Source: a virus (Duplodnaviria; Caudoviricetes). Taken from it: a stretch of DNA of 64,000 nucleotides. The stretch is from IMG/VR virus record IMGVR_UViG_3300047272_000250, positions 40,394 through 104,393 of that record, one strand, 5' to 3'. Shown here one piece after another: positions 9,782 to 20,910 of this stretch (positions are counted from its first letter, which is position 1; every line of letters starts with the position of its first letter). A program made the position numbers and the translations under genes. Below the pieces are notes generated by a model. The model was not told where the DNA came from, did not search any database, and saw only the letters and a program-made list of their open reading frames with translations.

Positions 9782-12070
9782 TTATGATCTTTGTAGGGCA
9801 TAGCGGTATGGAATAAGACCATAATCGATAATCTCTAGCCCAATATTGTCCGTAACCAAGGACTCTTGTGGATATCCAGTAAATGATTCATACTCGTTCT
9901 CTACGTCATACTGGTCTAATACATAGGCTGCCATAGCAAATACTCCAAGTGAAAGATCAGTTTGGTTTGCTCCCGTCGAATCTGACCCTACATAAATATC
10001 TGTTCCAGCGTTTATCTTTGAAGTAGAAGTTAGGACAACGTGGACCCAATCTCCAACCATAGCCTGATTGTCAAATATCTCTGAGCCATTTACGTACATC
10101 TTATTAAAGCCTGGGTGTTGCCAAGCTGAGCCATCCCAGTGCAAAGACTTCGATCCAGACTGAAGAATATACTTCGTTCCAGATAGAGCCTCGTTAATTT
10201 TAAATACAATAGTTATAGATTTGGTTCCATTAAATCCACCAGCATCTTGGTTTTTAGATTGAGACGGGATTGTGAGATAAGAATTACCAGCAAGTCTTAT
10301 TCCAGCCTGATCTATTCTGTCTAAGATTTCTACATCGTCATCAAATATGACAGCATTATCCTTATTGTGAATAGTGGCTACTTCATGAGAGTTCTCTGAA
10401 ATAACCCGCTTCATATCTTCACCGTAAACATAAAGTCCTAGGTTCTTCAACTTAGGAAGATCATTAACTGAATCATCTGTACTTAGCTTAATATTGATAT
10501 TATAAGTATTAACCTGATTTGTTGGATCATCTAAAAGTCCTGGCATAGAAGCAAACTTTGGCCAAGCCTGTCCGTTATTATATGTGACATAAATATTATC
10601 TGAGCTTGCTGTATAGAAAGCAAGAGATCCATCATAGTCATAGCTAGGAACGTATATAAGGCCTTCTGAGTACCCATACTGTGACCACTTAAGGTTTCCT
10701 GCCAACTTCAGTATAAAGTCGCTCTCAAGGCCGTATAGGGTTGCTGTTGGTGTGCTTTCTAGCTGTGTGCCAGACTTAATTGCAACCCATGAAAAATTAG
10801 TAGCTGAATAAATACTATTTACTCTACCAATATATGCTAAAGTAATTGAAGATAGATATGCAACCTCAGAATGAATATTAGATCCATTTAAGTAAATATT
10901 AATTGACCCTGACTTTAGATTAACAAGAACTTCATTCCATCCAGATATTGGAGATACTGTTGTTACTGTTTCTTGTCCATTGATTCCTATTACTAAGAAT
11001 CCCGCCGTATTTGAATAAACATATAGGCTTTGGGCAGAGTTTGAATTCTCTAAAGATAGGATTGCATATTCTCCAGATTGCTTGTAGAAGCTTGTGGCTA
11101 TTGCAACTCCAGTATCTGCTAGCTGGACTATGCTGGATACGTCAAGGTACTGTGATCCAGATAGGGCCAGGGAGTTTCTTGAGCCCACTGTTGAAAATGA
11201 CGGGGTGCCAGAAGATACCTTCTGATCATCGATATATCTAAGGGTAAGCTCATTCTTATCTGTAAATACAGAGTTAGTAAATTTGAATGACTGCCAGTTA
11301 TTTAAGAATGAGTAGGCAAGTACGCACTCATTATTATTAGGCATATAGTAGACCTGTGAGTTTGCTGTAAAGTAGTTACCTTTATTTAGGGACTTTCTAG
11401 AAAGATCTGAATGGTCAATAGCACGGGACTTATCAATGTTGTATCCATAGATAGCTACAGAGTCTATTGTTATATCATAGACATTTGATCCCGCCGTTTT
11501 AATTTTATTTGAAGTCTGGCTAAACGAGAACTCTCCATTAATTGAAGATGAGTACTTAGATGAGATATTCTTTCCATTTACAGTCAAGGAGATCTGGCTA
11601 GACGAGTAATTAGCAATTACATGATATCTGCGCTTCCAGTCAGGAACTTCATAGGAAACAAAATAGTCAGTATTTGGCTCTGGCTTAAAGTAGATCTTGT
11701 TGCCAGATACATAAATTCCATACTTATTACTAGCAATGTTTCCTAGAATAATTAGATCTTCTGATAAAGATGTGTCATTTGTCTCTAGTTTAAAGTATGC
11801 TTCAAGGGAGAATGCTTTTTGTTCCCGCCCCTTAGTCCAAATTCCAGGGGATCCTGGGAGAGTGTATTCAATGACTGCAGTAGAGTCTGTAAGTCTTGTT
11901 CCGTAAATTCCATTTGAGACTAGCGGGATAGCCTTATCAAAAATTGCACCTGAGTATGTGGCGTCTACGCCATAGCCTGTTGCCTCCGCCGCTATTCCTA
12001 AAGATGCATTATCGTCTAATGGCCAGTAAGAGAGCGGGCTTTGAGACATTATTATCTCTCTATATCCCAC
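9782..12070 (-). CDS. LamG/concanavalin-A-like virion protein
   Basis: PLSYWPLDD, FSLEAYFK, YHVIANYS, IDSVAIY LamG-type motifs. Confidence 0.7.
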   Translation of the reverse strand: MGYREIIMSQSPLSYWPLDDNASLGIAAEATGYGVDATYSGAIFDKAIPLVSNGIYGTRLTDSTAVIEYTLPGSPGIWTKGREQKAFSLEAYFKLETNDTSLSEDLIILGNIASNKYGIYVSGNKIYFKPEPNTDYFVSYEVPDWKRRYHVIANYSSSQISLTVNGKNISSKYSSSINGEFSFSQTSNKIKTAGSNVYDITIDSVAIYGYNIDKSRAIDHSDLSRKSLNKGNYFTANSQVYYMPNNNECVLAYSFLNNWQSFKFTNSVFTDKNELTLRYIDDQKVSSGTPSFSTVGSRNSLALSGSQYLDVSSIVQLADTGVAIATSFYKQSGEYAILSLENSNSAQSLYVYSNTAGFLVIGINGQETVTTVSPISGWNEVLVNLKSGSINIYLNGSNIHSEVAYLSSITLAYIGRVNSIYSATNFSWVAIKSGTQLESTPTATLYGLESDFILKLAGNLKWSQYGYSEGLIYVPSYDYDGSLAFYTASSDNIYVTYNNGQAWPKFASMPGLLDDPTNQVNTYNINIKLSTDDSVNDLPKLKNLGLYVYGEDMKRVISENSHEVATIHNKDNAVIFDDDVEILDRIDQAGIRLAGNSYLTIPSQSKNQDAGGFNGTKSITIVFKINEALSGTKYILQSGSKSLHWDGSAWQHPGFNKMYVNGSEIFDNQAMVGDWVHVVLTSTSKINAGTDIYVGSDSTGANQTDLSLGVFAMAAYVLDQYDVENEYESFTGYPQESLVTDNIGLEIIDYGLIPYRYALQRS

Positions 12071-12113
12071 GATACTCCTTTATTTATAGTATACCAATTA
12101 TAAGTGCTGAAGG

Positions 12114-13718
12114 CTAGAAAGTAATTGTTCCAGTTCCCGCTGTAAATCGATAAACTCTATATCCAGAGCGAGTTGGAGTGTCGTATGTTAATGTTCCAGG
12201 AATACTTGATATTGCTGGCATTGTATCTGGATATGCAACAATTACTACTCCAGAGCCTCCAGTACCACCTGGTCCAGCATCTCTAGAGCCTCCGCCACCG
12301 CCACCAGTGTTTGCAGCTCCATTTTGTGCATACTGAGTTGTACTTATTCCACTTCTATTATCATATCCAGCACCGCCGCCGCCTTGTCCACCTTGGCCAT
12401 GTCCAGCACTGCCGTCACCACAGCCACCACCGCCTCCTGCATAATAAGTTGCAGTTCCAGTAATAGAATATTGTTTTCCTATTCCACCATTTCCTCCAAC
12501 GCTTGGTGTTGCATTAGCTCCTGCTCCGCCTGCGCCTCCACCACCGCCGCCTGCCCAGCTGCCTTGATATCCAGTTCCTCCTGTAAATCCAAATCCTGTT
12601 GCGTCAGATGGAGATGTTTGAGTTGATACACCTGCTGCACCATTAGATTCTGCAGCTCCTCCGCCTCCACCAGATCCTCCAGGTCTGCCAGTTTGTGTAG
12701 TATATCCATCAGCTCCAGATGCTGGGTTATTACTGCCATGGCCACCGCCTCCACCACCACCAAGTGCCAATAGTGTTCCAAATACTGAGTTAGAGCCATA
12801 GCTTCCAGGTCTTGATCCACTTTGCTGTGTTGGTCCTCCTGCTCCTCCAGAGCCTACAGTAATTGTTTTAGTAGAAGATAGTGTAATTGGATATGATGCA
12901 GAATATACCAATCCTCCTGCTCCTCCGCCACCACCAACTTGTGAACCACCGCCGCCACCGCCTGCTACTACAAGGACTTCAATATTAGTAATGTTAGCTG
13001 TTAAGCTAAATGTTCTTGGCACAGTATTTGCACCATCTGTTGCATTTACTGTAAAAGTATATGTTGTATTTGTCGTGATATCTGGCAAAGTTCCTGAAAT
13101 TACTCCAGAGCTAGAATTTAAAGTAACTCCAGAAGGGAGGCTTGATCCGTTAGCCAATGCATATGTTATAGTGCTAGATTCTGGATCTGTTGCAGAAAGA
13201 GCAGATAAAGTTATGCTTAGTTGTTCATTAAATGTACCAAGGCTTCCTGCTGGTGTCTGCCAAATTGGGCTCTGATTAATATAAAGTGCATCTGGGAGTA
13301 ATCCAAAAAGATTAGACGTATTTGTAACCTTAATGTCATAAGGCTCGTATGCTGCAGATAGACCTGAAAACGTTGTAGTAATAGATACGATAGAGTTTAC
13401 AGTTGTTGAATTAGCATTTACCTCTACGCCATTTGTTCCAATTGCTGAAGCAATTGCCCCTGTTGAAAAATTTGTTCCTGTAATATCTAGAGTAGCTGAG
13501 CCTACTGATTCAAGATAGTTACCAGATACTGAAACTACACCAGGTGTCTCAGATACAATATTCTGCCAACCAGTATTTGTATAAAGTTCTAGACGCTTTT
13601 CTTCTCCATTTGAATACAGCTTACCTATACCTGCATTAGCTGGACGACCAGCATTATTACCATATGGAATTCCTCCACCAGTAATATCTGAGAATTTAAT
13701 TGTCATCCTAGTCTCCAT
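12114..13718 (-). CDS. Fibre/appendage protein: IPT plus Ig repeat plus glycine-rich domain
   Basis: SLPSGVTLNSSSGVISGT Ig repeat; VLVVAGGGGGG...GGSGVVIVAY glycine-rich domain. Confidence 0.75.
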   Translation of the reverse strand: METRMTIKFSDITGGGIPYGNNAGRPANAGIGKLYSNGEEKRLELYTNTGWQNIVSETPGVVSVSGNYLESVGSATLDITGTNFSTGAIASAIGTNGVEVNANSTTVNSIVSITTTFSGLSAAYEPYDIKVTNTSNLFGLLPDALYINQSPIWQTPAGSLGTFNEQLSITLSALSATDPESSTITYALANGSSLPSGVTLNSSSGVISGTLPDITTNTTYTFTVNATDGANTVPRTFSLTANITNIEVLVVAGGGGGGSQVGGGGGAGGLVYSASYPITLSSTKTITVGSGGAGGPTQQSGSRPGSYGSNSVFGTLLALGGGGGGGHGSNNPASGADGYTTQTGRPGGSGGGGGAAESNGAAGVSTQTSPSDATGFGFTGGTGYQGSWAGGGGGGAGGAGANATPSVGGNGGIGKQYSITGTATYYAGGGGGCGDGSAGHGQGGQGGGGAGYDNRSGISTTQYAQNGAANTGGGGGGSRDAGPGGTGGSGVVIVAYPDTMPAISSIPGTLTYDTPTRSGYRVYRFTAGTGTITF

Positions 13719-14095
13719 CCAAGAGTCGGACCAGTATATATTAATACCGCCGCTGCTTTATCTACGTCAATTATAGCATTTTCTGCTACCCCGTTAATAT
13801 TTTTATTATTACGGTTAATTATAATGTTATGTGTTCCCGCCGTTCCAGATGCATCAAACAACTGAACCTCGTCTCCTAGAGACGGGTTAGCAGGAAGTGT
13901 AATAGTTCTTTCAGATGAAGTGTCTACAAAGTAACGATATCCTGGTTGAGCAGTTATATCAGAAGATACAGATGCTGAAACTTCTTTTTTGCGCTGAATA
14001 AGGTCTGCCTGTGTTACATAATCTGGCGGGATAGCAGCCATTATGCCTACATTTACCCACTCAGTTCCGCTCCATACCTTAATTGTTTTAGCCAT
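13703..14095 (-). CDS. Short tail-fibre-related protein
   Basis: VDTSSERTITLPANPSLGDEV...RNNKNING domain shared with the C-terminus of 18023-19879. Confidence 0.65.
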   Translation of the reverse strand: MAKTIKVWSGTEWVNVGIMAAIPPDYVTQADLIQRKKEVSASVSSDITAQPGYRYFVDTSSERTITLPANPSLGDEVQLFDASGTAGTHNIIINRNNKNINGVAENAIIDVDKAAAVLIYTGPTLGWRLG

Positions 14096-14291
14096 TTATA
14101 GCACCCCACTTATTCATTGGACACGAGGAGTAGTCTACTAAAATCTTTGAGTTCATGTTGCAACCACACAAAACACATATATTTTCGTTAAGCTTATCGC
14201 AACCATTGCAGAATTCTGCTCTTTTTATAATTACATCTTCTCCTACAAAGCCAATCTCTCCTACATGGCTAGTATCTAAATTATTTAACAT
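14088..14291 (-). CDS. Small cysteine-rich (Zn-binding) protein
   Basis: CNGC, CVLCGC, CPMNKW. Confidence 0.6.
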   Translation of the reverse strand: MLNNLDTSHVGEIGFVGEDVIIKRAEFCNGCDKLNENICVLCGCNMNSKILVDYSSCPMNKWGAING

Positions 14292-16170
14292 ATATTGAAA
14301 ACGCCTCCGTTGAAGAATCTCCCCATTTTATTTCCCCATCACTTTGCTTTGAGTTAATTCCAGACATAAAGTGTAAATTTGTCCCAACATAATTAGGATA
14401 GAATCCCCAACATATAGGAGAGCCTAAGCCAGTTGGGAAAGCACTTGCTACGTTTGTATAGTTATGGTCTGAAATCCATTGGAAGTTTCCGCTTCCATGG
14501 GTACATCTACCTTGTGGGTCATTACTGTATGTGCAATAAAAACTATATGTTCCGTTATTATGTGGGTCTACAGACAAGGTGTAGTTTAGGGTAGGATCTA
14601 GGTCGGTACCCCATGCTGGTAGTGAAGATGTATATGTAAGCTTTCCAGTTCCTCCGCCATAGGCAAACAATGAGTCTCCAGCAGTACCATTTCCATAAAC
14701 TCTTTGAATTCCACAAGCTGAATTATTTGGAACTGCAAAATTTGTACCCCATTGAGTCCATGTTGTTCCATTATCACTATAATAAATTCCTGCAGCTCCA
14801 GTTCGTGAGCCGCCATTATATACAGAGTAGAAGTATGAACCTACTACAGTTTTTGGTGTTACAAAGTCATATGTGTACTCTGTTCCAGTTCCTGGGATAG
14901 ATCCGCTATCCGAACAGTTATCTGTAGTAAAATTAATAATATCTTGATCTGTTGTTGTTCCAGCTAACATAAGACCAATACGTGATGCACGAGGATAATG
15001 TGTTGATCCGTTTTCTACACGATACTTCCAATATCTATGAGGTGATGACGCATTTCCATTATTTGCTTTCATCAGAATACTATTTGTTGTTTGAAGTGCT
15101 GTTATATCTGCAGTTCTTAACTTACCAGGGGCCAAGTTATTTTCTGCTTCTATCCAGGCTCCATTTTCGTTAATAGAGCTAGCTGTAGACATTGAAGTAT
15201 TGTTGTTATAAGAAAGAGCTTTAACCCATCCTCCGCCATCTCTACTATTTATTACGTAGGCCTGGAAAGCATAAGAACCAGTTGGATTCAACCAGAATAT
15301 TCCATCAGTTGTTATTCCAAGATTGCGTATGGCTGTTCCGCTTGCAGCAGCTCTTGCTTGACTTGATCCATCAGCTAGCAACCTTGATACATTAAAAGAC
15401 CTAGATGAAGTATTTAATCCATCTGATGCTGTAACATTAAAGTTATACGTTGTATCTGATGAAATAGATGGAAACGTACCCGTAATGCTTCCAGTTGAAG
15501 AGTTTAACGACATCCATGGCAGTAAATCTGTTGATGAATATATCACCTGGGTTCCATCTGGGTCTGTTGCGGAAACAGAAGTAGATAAGCTAGATACGTT
15601 GGTTGATGTAGTAAGAATATTTCCACTTGCAGTATTCCAGTTAGGATTTCCTCCAGCATCTAAGCAATTTTCTAAAATACTAAACTGGCCGTCATTATTA
15701 ATAACCTTAACATCATAAGGTTCGTATGCTACTGGAAGATTTGGCGTAGTTGCAGATATTCCAGTCGAAGAAACATACGTTACTACCTGCGCTTCTCTTT
15801 CGACTAAATCTGTTCCAATGAATCTTACAACTGGACCAGTTTTAAAAGATGCCCCAACAATATTAACTGTAGTTCCAGCAACTGGAGCTGATGAAGGATT
15901 AATAGAAGCAACTTCTGGAGCAGGATCTTGAGACACCTTTTCCCATCCAGCTATTCTATATCCAATCAAAGCATTCAATGTTGTATCAAAGTATATGTCA
16001 CCTATTGATGGTGATGAAGGCCTATTTGCTGTTGTTCCTCTACCTACATGTCCGTTTGCTGCAGTCGCATGTGTTGAAACTGCAGCGGACACAGCAGCGG
16101 TAACCTCAGTATCAGTAGCAATAGCTGTGTTTGCTGATAGTATATTTGCTATATCTCTGGCTTTAGACAT
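14281..16170 (-). CDS. Fibre/appendage protein: IPT plus Ig repeat plus fibrinogen-like and carbohydrate-binding C-terminus
   Basis: Shared N-terminal RPSSPSIGDIYFDTT motif; TDGIFWLNP...DGGGW fibrinogen-like start. Confidence 0.7.
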   Translation of the reverse strand: MSKARDIANILSANTAIATDTEVTAAVSAAVSTHATAANGHVGRGTTANRPSSPSIGDIYFDTTLNALIGYRIAGWEKVSQDPAPEVASINPSSAPVAGTTVNIVGASFKTGPVVRFIGTDLVEREAQVVTYVSSTGISATTPNLPVAYEPYDVKVINNDGQFSILENCLDAGGNPNWNTASGNILTTSTNVSSLSTSVSATDPDGTQVIYSSTDLLPWMSLNSSTGSITGTFPSISSDTTYNFNVTASDGLNTSSRSFNVSRLLADGSSQARAAASGTAIRNLGITTDGIFWLNPTGSYAFQAYVINSRDGGGWVKALSYNNNTSMSTASSINENGAWIEAENNLAPGKLRTADITALQTTNSILMKANNGNASSPHRYWKYRVENGSTHYPRASRIGLMLAGTTTDQDIINFTTDNCSDSGSIPGTGTEYTYDFVTPKTVVGSYFYSVYNGGSRTGAAGIYYSDNGTTWTQWGTNFAVPNNSACGIQRVYGNGTAGDSLFAYGGGTGKLTYTSSLPAWGTDLDPTLNYTLSVDPHNNGTYSFYCTYSNDPQGRCTHGSGNFQWISDHNYTNVASAFPTGLGSPICWGFYPNYVGTNLHFMSGINSKQSDGEIKWGDSSTEAFSIYVK

Positions 16171-18038
16171 TACTTAATCCACATCCAAAGGTTTGTGTCG
16201 CTTCCCAAAGTTCCTGTTTGAGCATTCATATTGTAGGTTGCAGAGTCTCCGTAGACTTTACAGTTTGGCTCTGCTCCAATTGCTGAATTGTCGTCTGCTC
16301 CAAATTTAGTTTGTGCTTCATTACAGTCTTGTCCTGCACCTGTCGAAGAAGATCCCTGTGGAAGAATTGCAATTGATCCGTCGCCTGCAGCATTCCATCC
16401 AATTCCTGTTGCTGTACCATTGAGTCCATTCCACCAGTCACCCTGAATACCTTGTTTTGGTGCAGATCCACCATCGGAAAGGTTATTCCAAACTTGATTT
16501 ACTTGGTAAGAGTACTTTAAGTTATAAGAATGGCTAAATTGCTTCATAGATTCACGGAATGTCTCAACATAAACGTTGCTCTGGTTTTTATTTACTGTTG
16601 TTGACCAGTTAATATTGTTTGAGCTATCTGTTACCCACCATTGTCTCCATGGTGTTGCAGTTGATGCATAATGGTAAAAGTCTGCGCTAGTTGCACTTGC
16701 ACCAGAACTTGATATAGAAGATGAAACTTGAAATCTAACAAATTTTGTATCCATAGTTCCAAAGTTTGCGCTAAAACAATTTCTAGGAGTAGTTCCATCA
16801 AAGACGCCTCCGTCAGTTGTAGCCTGGATTGACCATCTAGATGCCTGGCTCCATGAGCCAACCAACATCCAGCCAGCCTTTCCAGTAGTTGGATCTACTG
16901 TTGAAAGATCAACGTAAACTTGCTTAGCTCCTTGACTTGTAGACACATAATAAAGACCGCTTGTTCTATATCCATAGTCCCAAAGCTCGACTCCGTTAAT
17001 AGCTGGTGCTGCTTGAGTTCCAATGTTTGGAAGCATGGTAAATTCTCTATCAATAGTGTTTCCGCCTGCATCTACAGCTCTTATTGTAAATACTTTTACT
17101 TCTTTTAATGTAGCTGTTCCAGATATAACACCAGTTTCTTGATCTAATGATAATCCAGTAGGAAGAGTTCCAGCAATGATTGAGTAGTCTATATCTGTTG
17201 ACTCAGAGTCAGTTGCTAATAAAGTTGTAGAATAAGCAGAGTTAACATTATAAGATGGCAATGTTGCTGATGTTGTCCAGTTTGGTGTTGTTCCTGCTGT
17301 AACCGCATTATTTAATATATGTAAAGATGATCCTGTTGGTCTAGTAATTCCTGGGTTTTCAACGATAACCTTGTAGCTGCCTAATGTTGTTGGAAAATTA
17401 TCTGGTCTAGTTACTATAAGAGAACTGGAAGAAGATCTTACTACTGATTTAGCAGCTCTTTCAACATTATCAGAACCCATAAAGTATACTGCTACGTTTG
17501 AGGCAAAATTTCCTCCAGATACTACAGTAGTATCGTCAATAGAGTTTAATGCTGTTGGTGTTACTGATGTAACAAAGGCTCCAGCAGTAATTTCTGCAGT
17601 TGTATTGGCTGCAGTAAATGTTGTTTTATAGCTAAAGGAAAGTAGATCTCCTTGAGTTCCGCCAACAATTACTATTTTATTAAAATTTCCTGTTGCGTTT
17701 AGGGATGGAGACTTAGTATATCCAACATTTTGACCAGCTGTATTGTATACATATATGTCATATGTTGCATCACCTAGAGATGAATTGATTGTATATGCAC
17801 CTTCAAAATATTCCTTTGTAAATGTAGCAGTTGTTATTGTTCCGCTAAGTGTTACGTTAAAGTCGTTTGCACCTGTTGCTGGAAGCCATCCAGATGCCGT
17901 ATAAATTTCTTGTACACCCAGTGTACCATTATAAAAGGTTTGACCAATTTGTGGGCTTGCTGGTCTCTCTGAGGTTGGTCCAAAAGGTACTCCACCTAAA
18001 CCAGATGTTCTAATATCTCCCATTATCCAACCTTCCAT
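16170..18038 (-). CDS. Fibre/appendage protein: IPT plus Ig repeat plus fibrinogen-like C-terminus
   Basis: RPASPQIGQTFYNGT; LPTGLSLDQETGVISGT; SGLYYV...VYVDL...GWMLV. Confidence 0.7.
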   Translation of the reverse strand: MEGWIMGDIRTSGLGGVPFGPTSERPASPQIGQTFYNGTLGVQEIYTASGWLPATGANDFNVTLSGTITTATFTKEYFEGAYTINSSLGDATYDIYVYNTAGQNVGYTKSPSLNATGNFNKIVIVGGTQGDLLSFSYKTTFTAANTTAEITAGAFVTSVTPTALNSIDDTTVVSGGNFASNVAVYFMGSDNVERAAKSVVRSSSSSLIVTRPDNFPTTLGSYKVIVENPGITRPTGSSLHILNNAVTAGTTPNWTTSATLPSYNVNSAYSTTLLATDSESTDIDYSIIAGTLPTGLSLDQETGVISGTATLKEVKVFTIRAVDAGGNTIDREFTMLPNIGTQAAPAINGVELWDYGYRTSGLYYVSTSQGAKQVYVDLSTVDPTTGKAGWMLVGSWSQASRWSIQATTDGGVFDGTTPRNCFSANFGTMDTKFVRFQVSSSISSSGASATSADFYHYASTATPWRQWWVTDSSNNINWSTTVNKNQSNVYVETFRESMKQFSHSYNLKYSYQVNQVWNNLSDGGSAPKQGIQGDWWNGLNGTATGIGWNAAGDGSIAILPQGSSSTGAGQDCNEAQTKFGADDNSAIGAEPNCKVYGDSATYNMNAQTGTLGSDTNLWMWIK

Positions 18039-19879
18039 CCATAAGTAGCTCCAGTATAAAGTAATGTATACCAGCCACCGTTATTGTCAATTATTAAATT
18101 GCCAGTCCCGCCATTTATTTTATTGCCGTTTCTAGCCACAGTTATATTATACGTTGAAGCATTGCCTGAAGCATCTACTAGCTGAATTTCATCATTAAGC
18201 GCAGGTGTTGCAGGAAGTGTAAGTGTAAGCGCAGAAGCTGATGTAACAAAATATCTTTTCTTGGCTACTAGGTTAGTATTAGCAGATATTGATAATGGGG
18301 CTACTGAAGTATTAGCTGCAAGAAGTGCATCTGTCTCTGCCTGTGTATATGTATCTACTGAATTAAAATTAGTTACTGTGATTACATCTATGATGTCCCC
18401 CGCCGCTGCATCTGCAGCCAATACGACTGTGTGCTCTGTAGGGGTTGTGTAGTCTGTAGTGCGAAGTAAAAGAATGCCATTCATAAATACTTGCTCGTAT
18501 CCAGGAATGAACTGCACGTCTACTGTAAAAGTGTCTTGTTCTGCTACAGCTGTGAATGTCTGGCGACGAATGATATTCTTATCAAATACGTCTACCTCAT
18601 CGTCTGAATCAATCCAGATCTGCCCTACTTCTGGAGATGTTGGAGCAGTTGTTTGATAGAGAGCACCTGGTTGTGTAGATGCATCAATCTGATCAATAAC
18701 GAAAGCTGTTGTAGCAATCTGTGTGCTATCTGTTCCTACCGCCGCTGTAGGGGCTGTAGGTGTGCCTGTAAGGGCGGGAGAAGCTAGAGGAGCCTTTGTC
18801 CCTAAAGCAGTAGTTACTGTAGCTGCAAATGAAGCATCATCATTAATAGCCGCTGCTAATTCATTTAAAGTATCTAGTGTTGCTGGAGCAGCATCTACAA
18901 TTGCAGCAGCAGCTGCTGAAGCAGCATTATCTGCATAAGTCTTTGTAGCAAGCAAAGAAGTATCTGCTATACCGTGAATATTAGTTGTATCTGAATCGTG
19001 TGCTGTTAAATTAGTTTGGACTGCCGCCGCAGATCCTGCGGGATCAAACAAGTTATCAATTGTCTGATTAGACCATTGCCCAGTAGTAGAGTTATATCTA
19101 ATTACTTGGTTGTTCTGCTTATTAGAAATAGCAACATCGTGAAGCTCATCTAATTCAAACCCGTTTTGAACCTTAACAAAGATAGATCCTGTATTTTGCT
19201 GTACTCTACCAACTATACCAAGAAATACTAAGTGGTTTGGGGCTGCTGGCTTATTGGTTAGCCCGAAAATTAATTGTCCTGGAGTTGATCCTAGCCATAC
19301 TGGATCTCCTGGTTGTGCTGTAGAGGTATCTAGTCCTTCTAGAAGACCCTCTGTTACTACCGTTCCAATTGCACCATTTGCGACGGTATCTTCCATAATT
19401 CCAAATGTCTTAGATGATGTTGACTCTGTTGTATTTGAAGAAAGAGAGACTCTTAGTTGTCCAGAAGCTCCAACTGCTCCAGATGCATATACTGCTTGAC
19501 CCTTGTTTAAGGTTGCTCCAGTATTATTTACAACTTCCTGAGAGATCTTATTGGCTGTCCCGCCAAGACCTGTGAGTATTACCTGATTTGATACATCATC
19601 GTATACTGCTGTAAGGTTAACGTGGTTAGCATGGGTAAATAAAGATGCTGAAGCATCCTGAGCCATCTCATTTGTATAAGTAGGATTTACCTCAAGCTGG
19701 GAAACACGGTAGTCTAAAGATGTAGTATTAGCAGAGCTATTAATTCCAACCTTAGCCTCTAGCGCTTCAATAGCGTCATTCGCATTAGCATGTTGCTGGG
19801 AATGCGATGGAGCGTCGGTGGGATCAGTACTGGCGGGATTCGTCAGATTGTCCAGGGAATTAGGGAAATTAGTAGCCAT
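18023..19879 (-). CDS. Tail fibre protein
   Basis: APATLDTLNELAAA and SPALTGTPTAPT...TQIATTAFV fibre repeats. Confidence 0.8.
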   Translation of the reverse strand: MATNFPNSLDNLTNPASTDPTDAPSHSQQHANANDAIEALEAKVGINSSANTTSLDYRVSQLEVNPTYTNEMAQDASASLFTHANHVNLTAVYDDVSNQVILTGLGGTANKISQEVVNNTGATLNKGQAVYASGAVGASGQLRVSLSSNTTESTSSKTFGIMEDTVANGAIGTVVTEGLLEGLDTSTAQPGDPVWLGSTPGQLIFGLTNKPAAPNHLVFLGIVGRVQQNTGSIFVKVQNGFELDELHDVAISNKQNNQVIRYNSTTGQWSNQTIDNLFDPAGSAAAVQTNLTAHDSDTTNIHGIADTSLLATKTYADNAASAAAAAIVDAAPATLDTLNELAAAINDDASFAATVTTALGTKAPLASPALTGTPTAPTAAVGTDSTQIATTAFVIDQIDASTQPGALYQTTAPTSPEVGQIWIDSDDEVDVFDKNIIRRQTFTAVAEQDTFTVDVQFIPGYEQVFMNGILLLRTTDYTTPTEHTVVLAADAAAGDIIDVITVTNFNSVDTYTQAETDALLAANTSVAPLSISANTNLVAKKRYFVTSASALTLTLPATPALNDEIQLVDASGNASTYNITVARNGNKINGGTGNLIIDNNGGWYTLLYTGATYGWKVG

Positions 19880-19906
19880 ACTTCCTCAATTATACCTCAG
19901 ATTCTG

Positions 19907-20617
19907 TTATTTATAGCTCTTCTTATTCCAGAACATATTCTTATAAGCCTCAAAAAATACAGATCTGACCGAATTTGAGCTCTTTAATGAATCTTTTGGA
20001 TCATCATTTATAGACATTTTCCAGTCTTCTCTTTTGAACGGGATTACCTGTGCTATCGGTGTTCCTGCTGGAATTATGATCTTTTCCTCTTTTGTATTAA
20101 CGGTAAAGGGAAAGTTTGTTACATCATGAAATGAATCAGAATCAATAATTCCTGGGAAAATATTAATAATATTATTTCTATGCATTGGTGGTAATATCAA
20201 AGATGAGTAACCTGGTGAAGTTTTTACTGCCCAAAGATTTAATAACTTTGGCACATATGTATGCCTATTATTAACACCTGGGTGCCCAGTAACTTGACCA
20301 GCACTATGTCCAACTATAACCTCTCCATAGTAAGGTGAGGTTACAAACTCATAAGAAATCCCATCCCATAAAATCTCTATATCGCAGTATGTCTTTAAAA
20401 GATAACCGCTAGATATGCTATCAAATACTGGCATGCATTTCTTTATGGTTGATAAGGTTTCACCTTTTCCAATGACAGCTTTATCTCCACCCATATAAGA
20501 TGAGATATTTTTATACCACTCTGGAATCTCTTTACTGGCTGGAACAGGAAAATATAAATCAGAGACTTTATCGCTTGTCTTAATAAACTCAATTTTTTTA
20601 ATATTATTTTTTTTCAT
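19907..20617 (-). CDS. Conserved phage hypothetical protein (beta-rich, dUTPase-like C-terminus)
   Basis: TIKKCMPVFD and PAGTPIAQVIPFKREDW motifs. Confidence 0.55.
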   Translation of the reverse strand: MKKNNIKKIEFIKTSDKVSDLYFPVPASKEIPEWYKNISSYMGGDKAVIGKGETLSTIKKCMPVFDSISSGYLLKTYCDIEILWDGISYEFVTSPYYGEVIVGHSAGQVTGHPGVNNRHTYVPKLLNLWAVKTSPGYSSLILPPMHRNNIINIFPGIIDSDSFHDVTNFPFTVNTKEEKIIIPAGTPIAQVIPFKREDWKMSINDDPKDSLKSSNSVRSVFFEAYKNMFWNKKSYK

Positions 20618-20625
20618 TTTATCCC

Positions 20626-20910
20626 TTAAATAAAGTGTTTGGTAATTGCGCCAATAGCCAGAATACTCCAGCCTACGTTAAAGTAGATAATAGTAGGCAA
20701 GGTCTTGACTGTAGAAGTAAGGATCAAGGCAATGCTGGAAACTAAGGCAAATATATAATACCACCAAAACTGGATTCCAAAAAGTAGCCCAGGAATGATA
20801 ATACTGAGCTTTGTGCTAAACGCCCAAAATTCAATTATATTTGTCTTAGTCCAGTAAGACCTTTGACCTAATTGCTTCGTTACTTCTAATATCTCTTTAG
20901 GAGTCAGCAT
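20626..20910 (-). CDS. Small membrane protein
   Basis: About three hydrophobic segments; coupled to the halogenase gene. Confidence 0.6.
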   Translation of the reverse strand: MLTPKEILEVTKQLGQRSYWTKTNIIEFWAFSTKLSIIIPGLLFGIQFWWYYIFALVSSIALILTSTVKTLPTIIYFNVGWSILAIGAITKHFI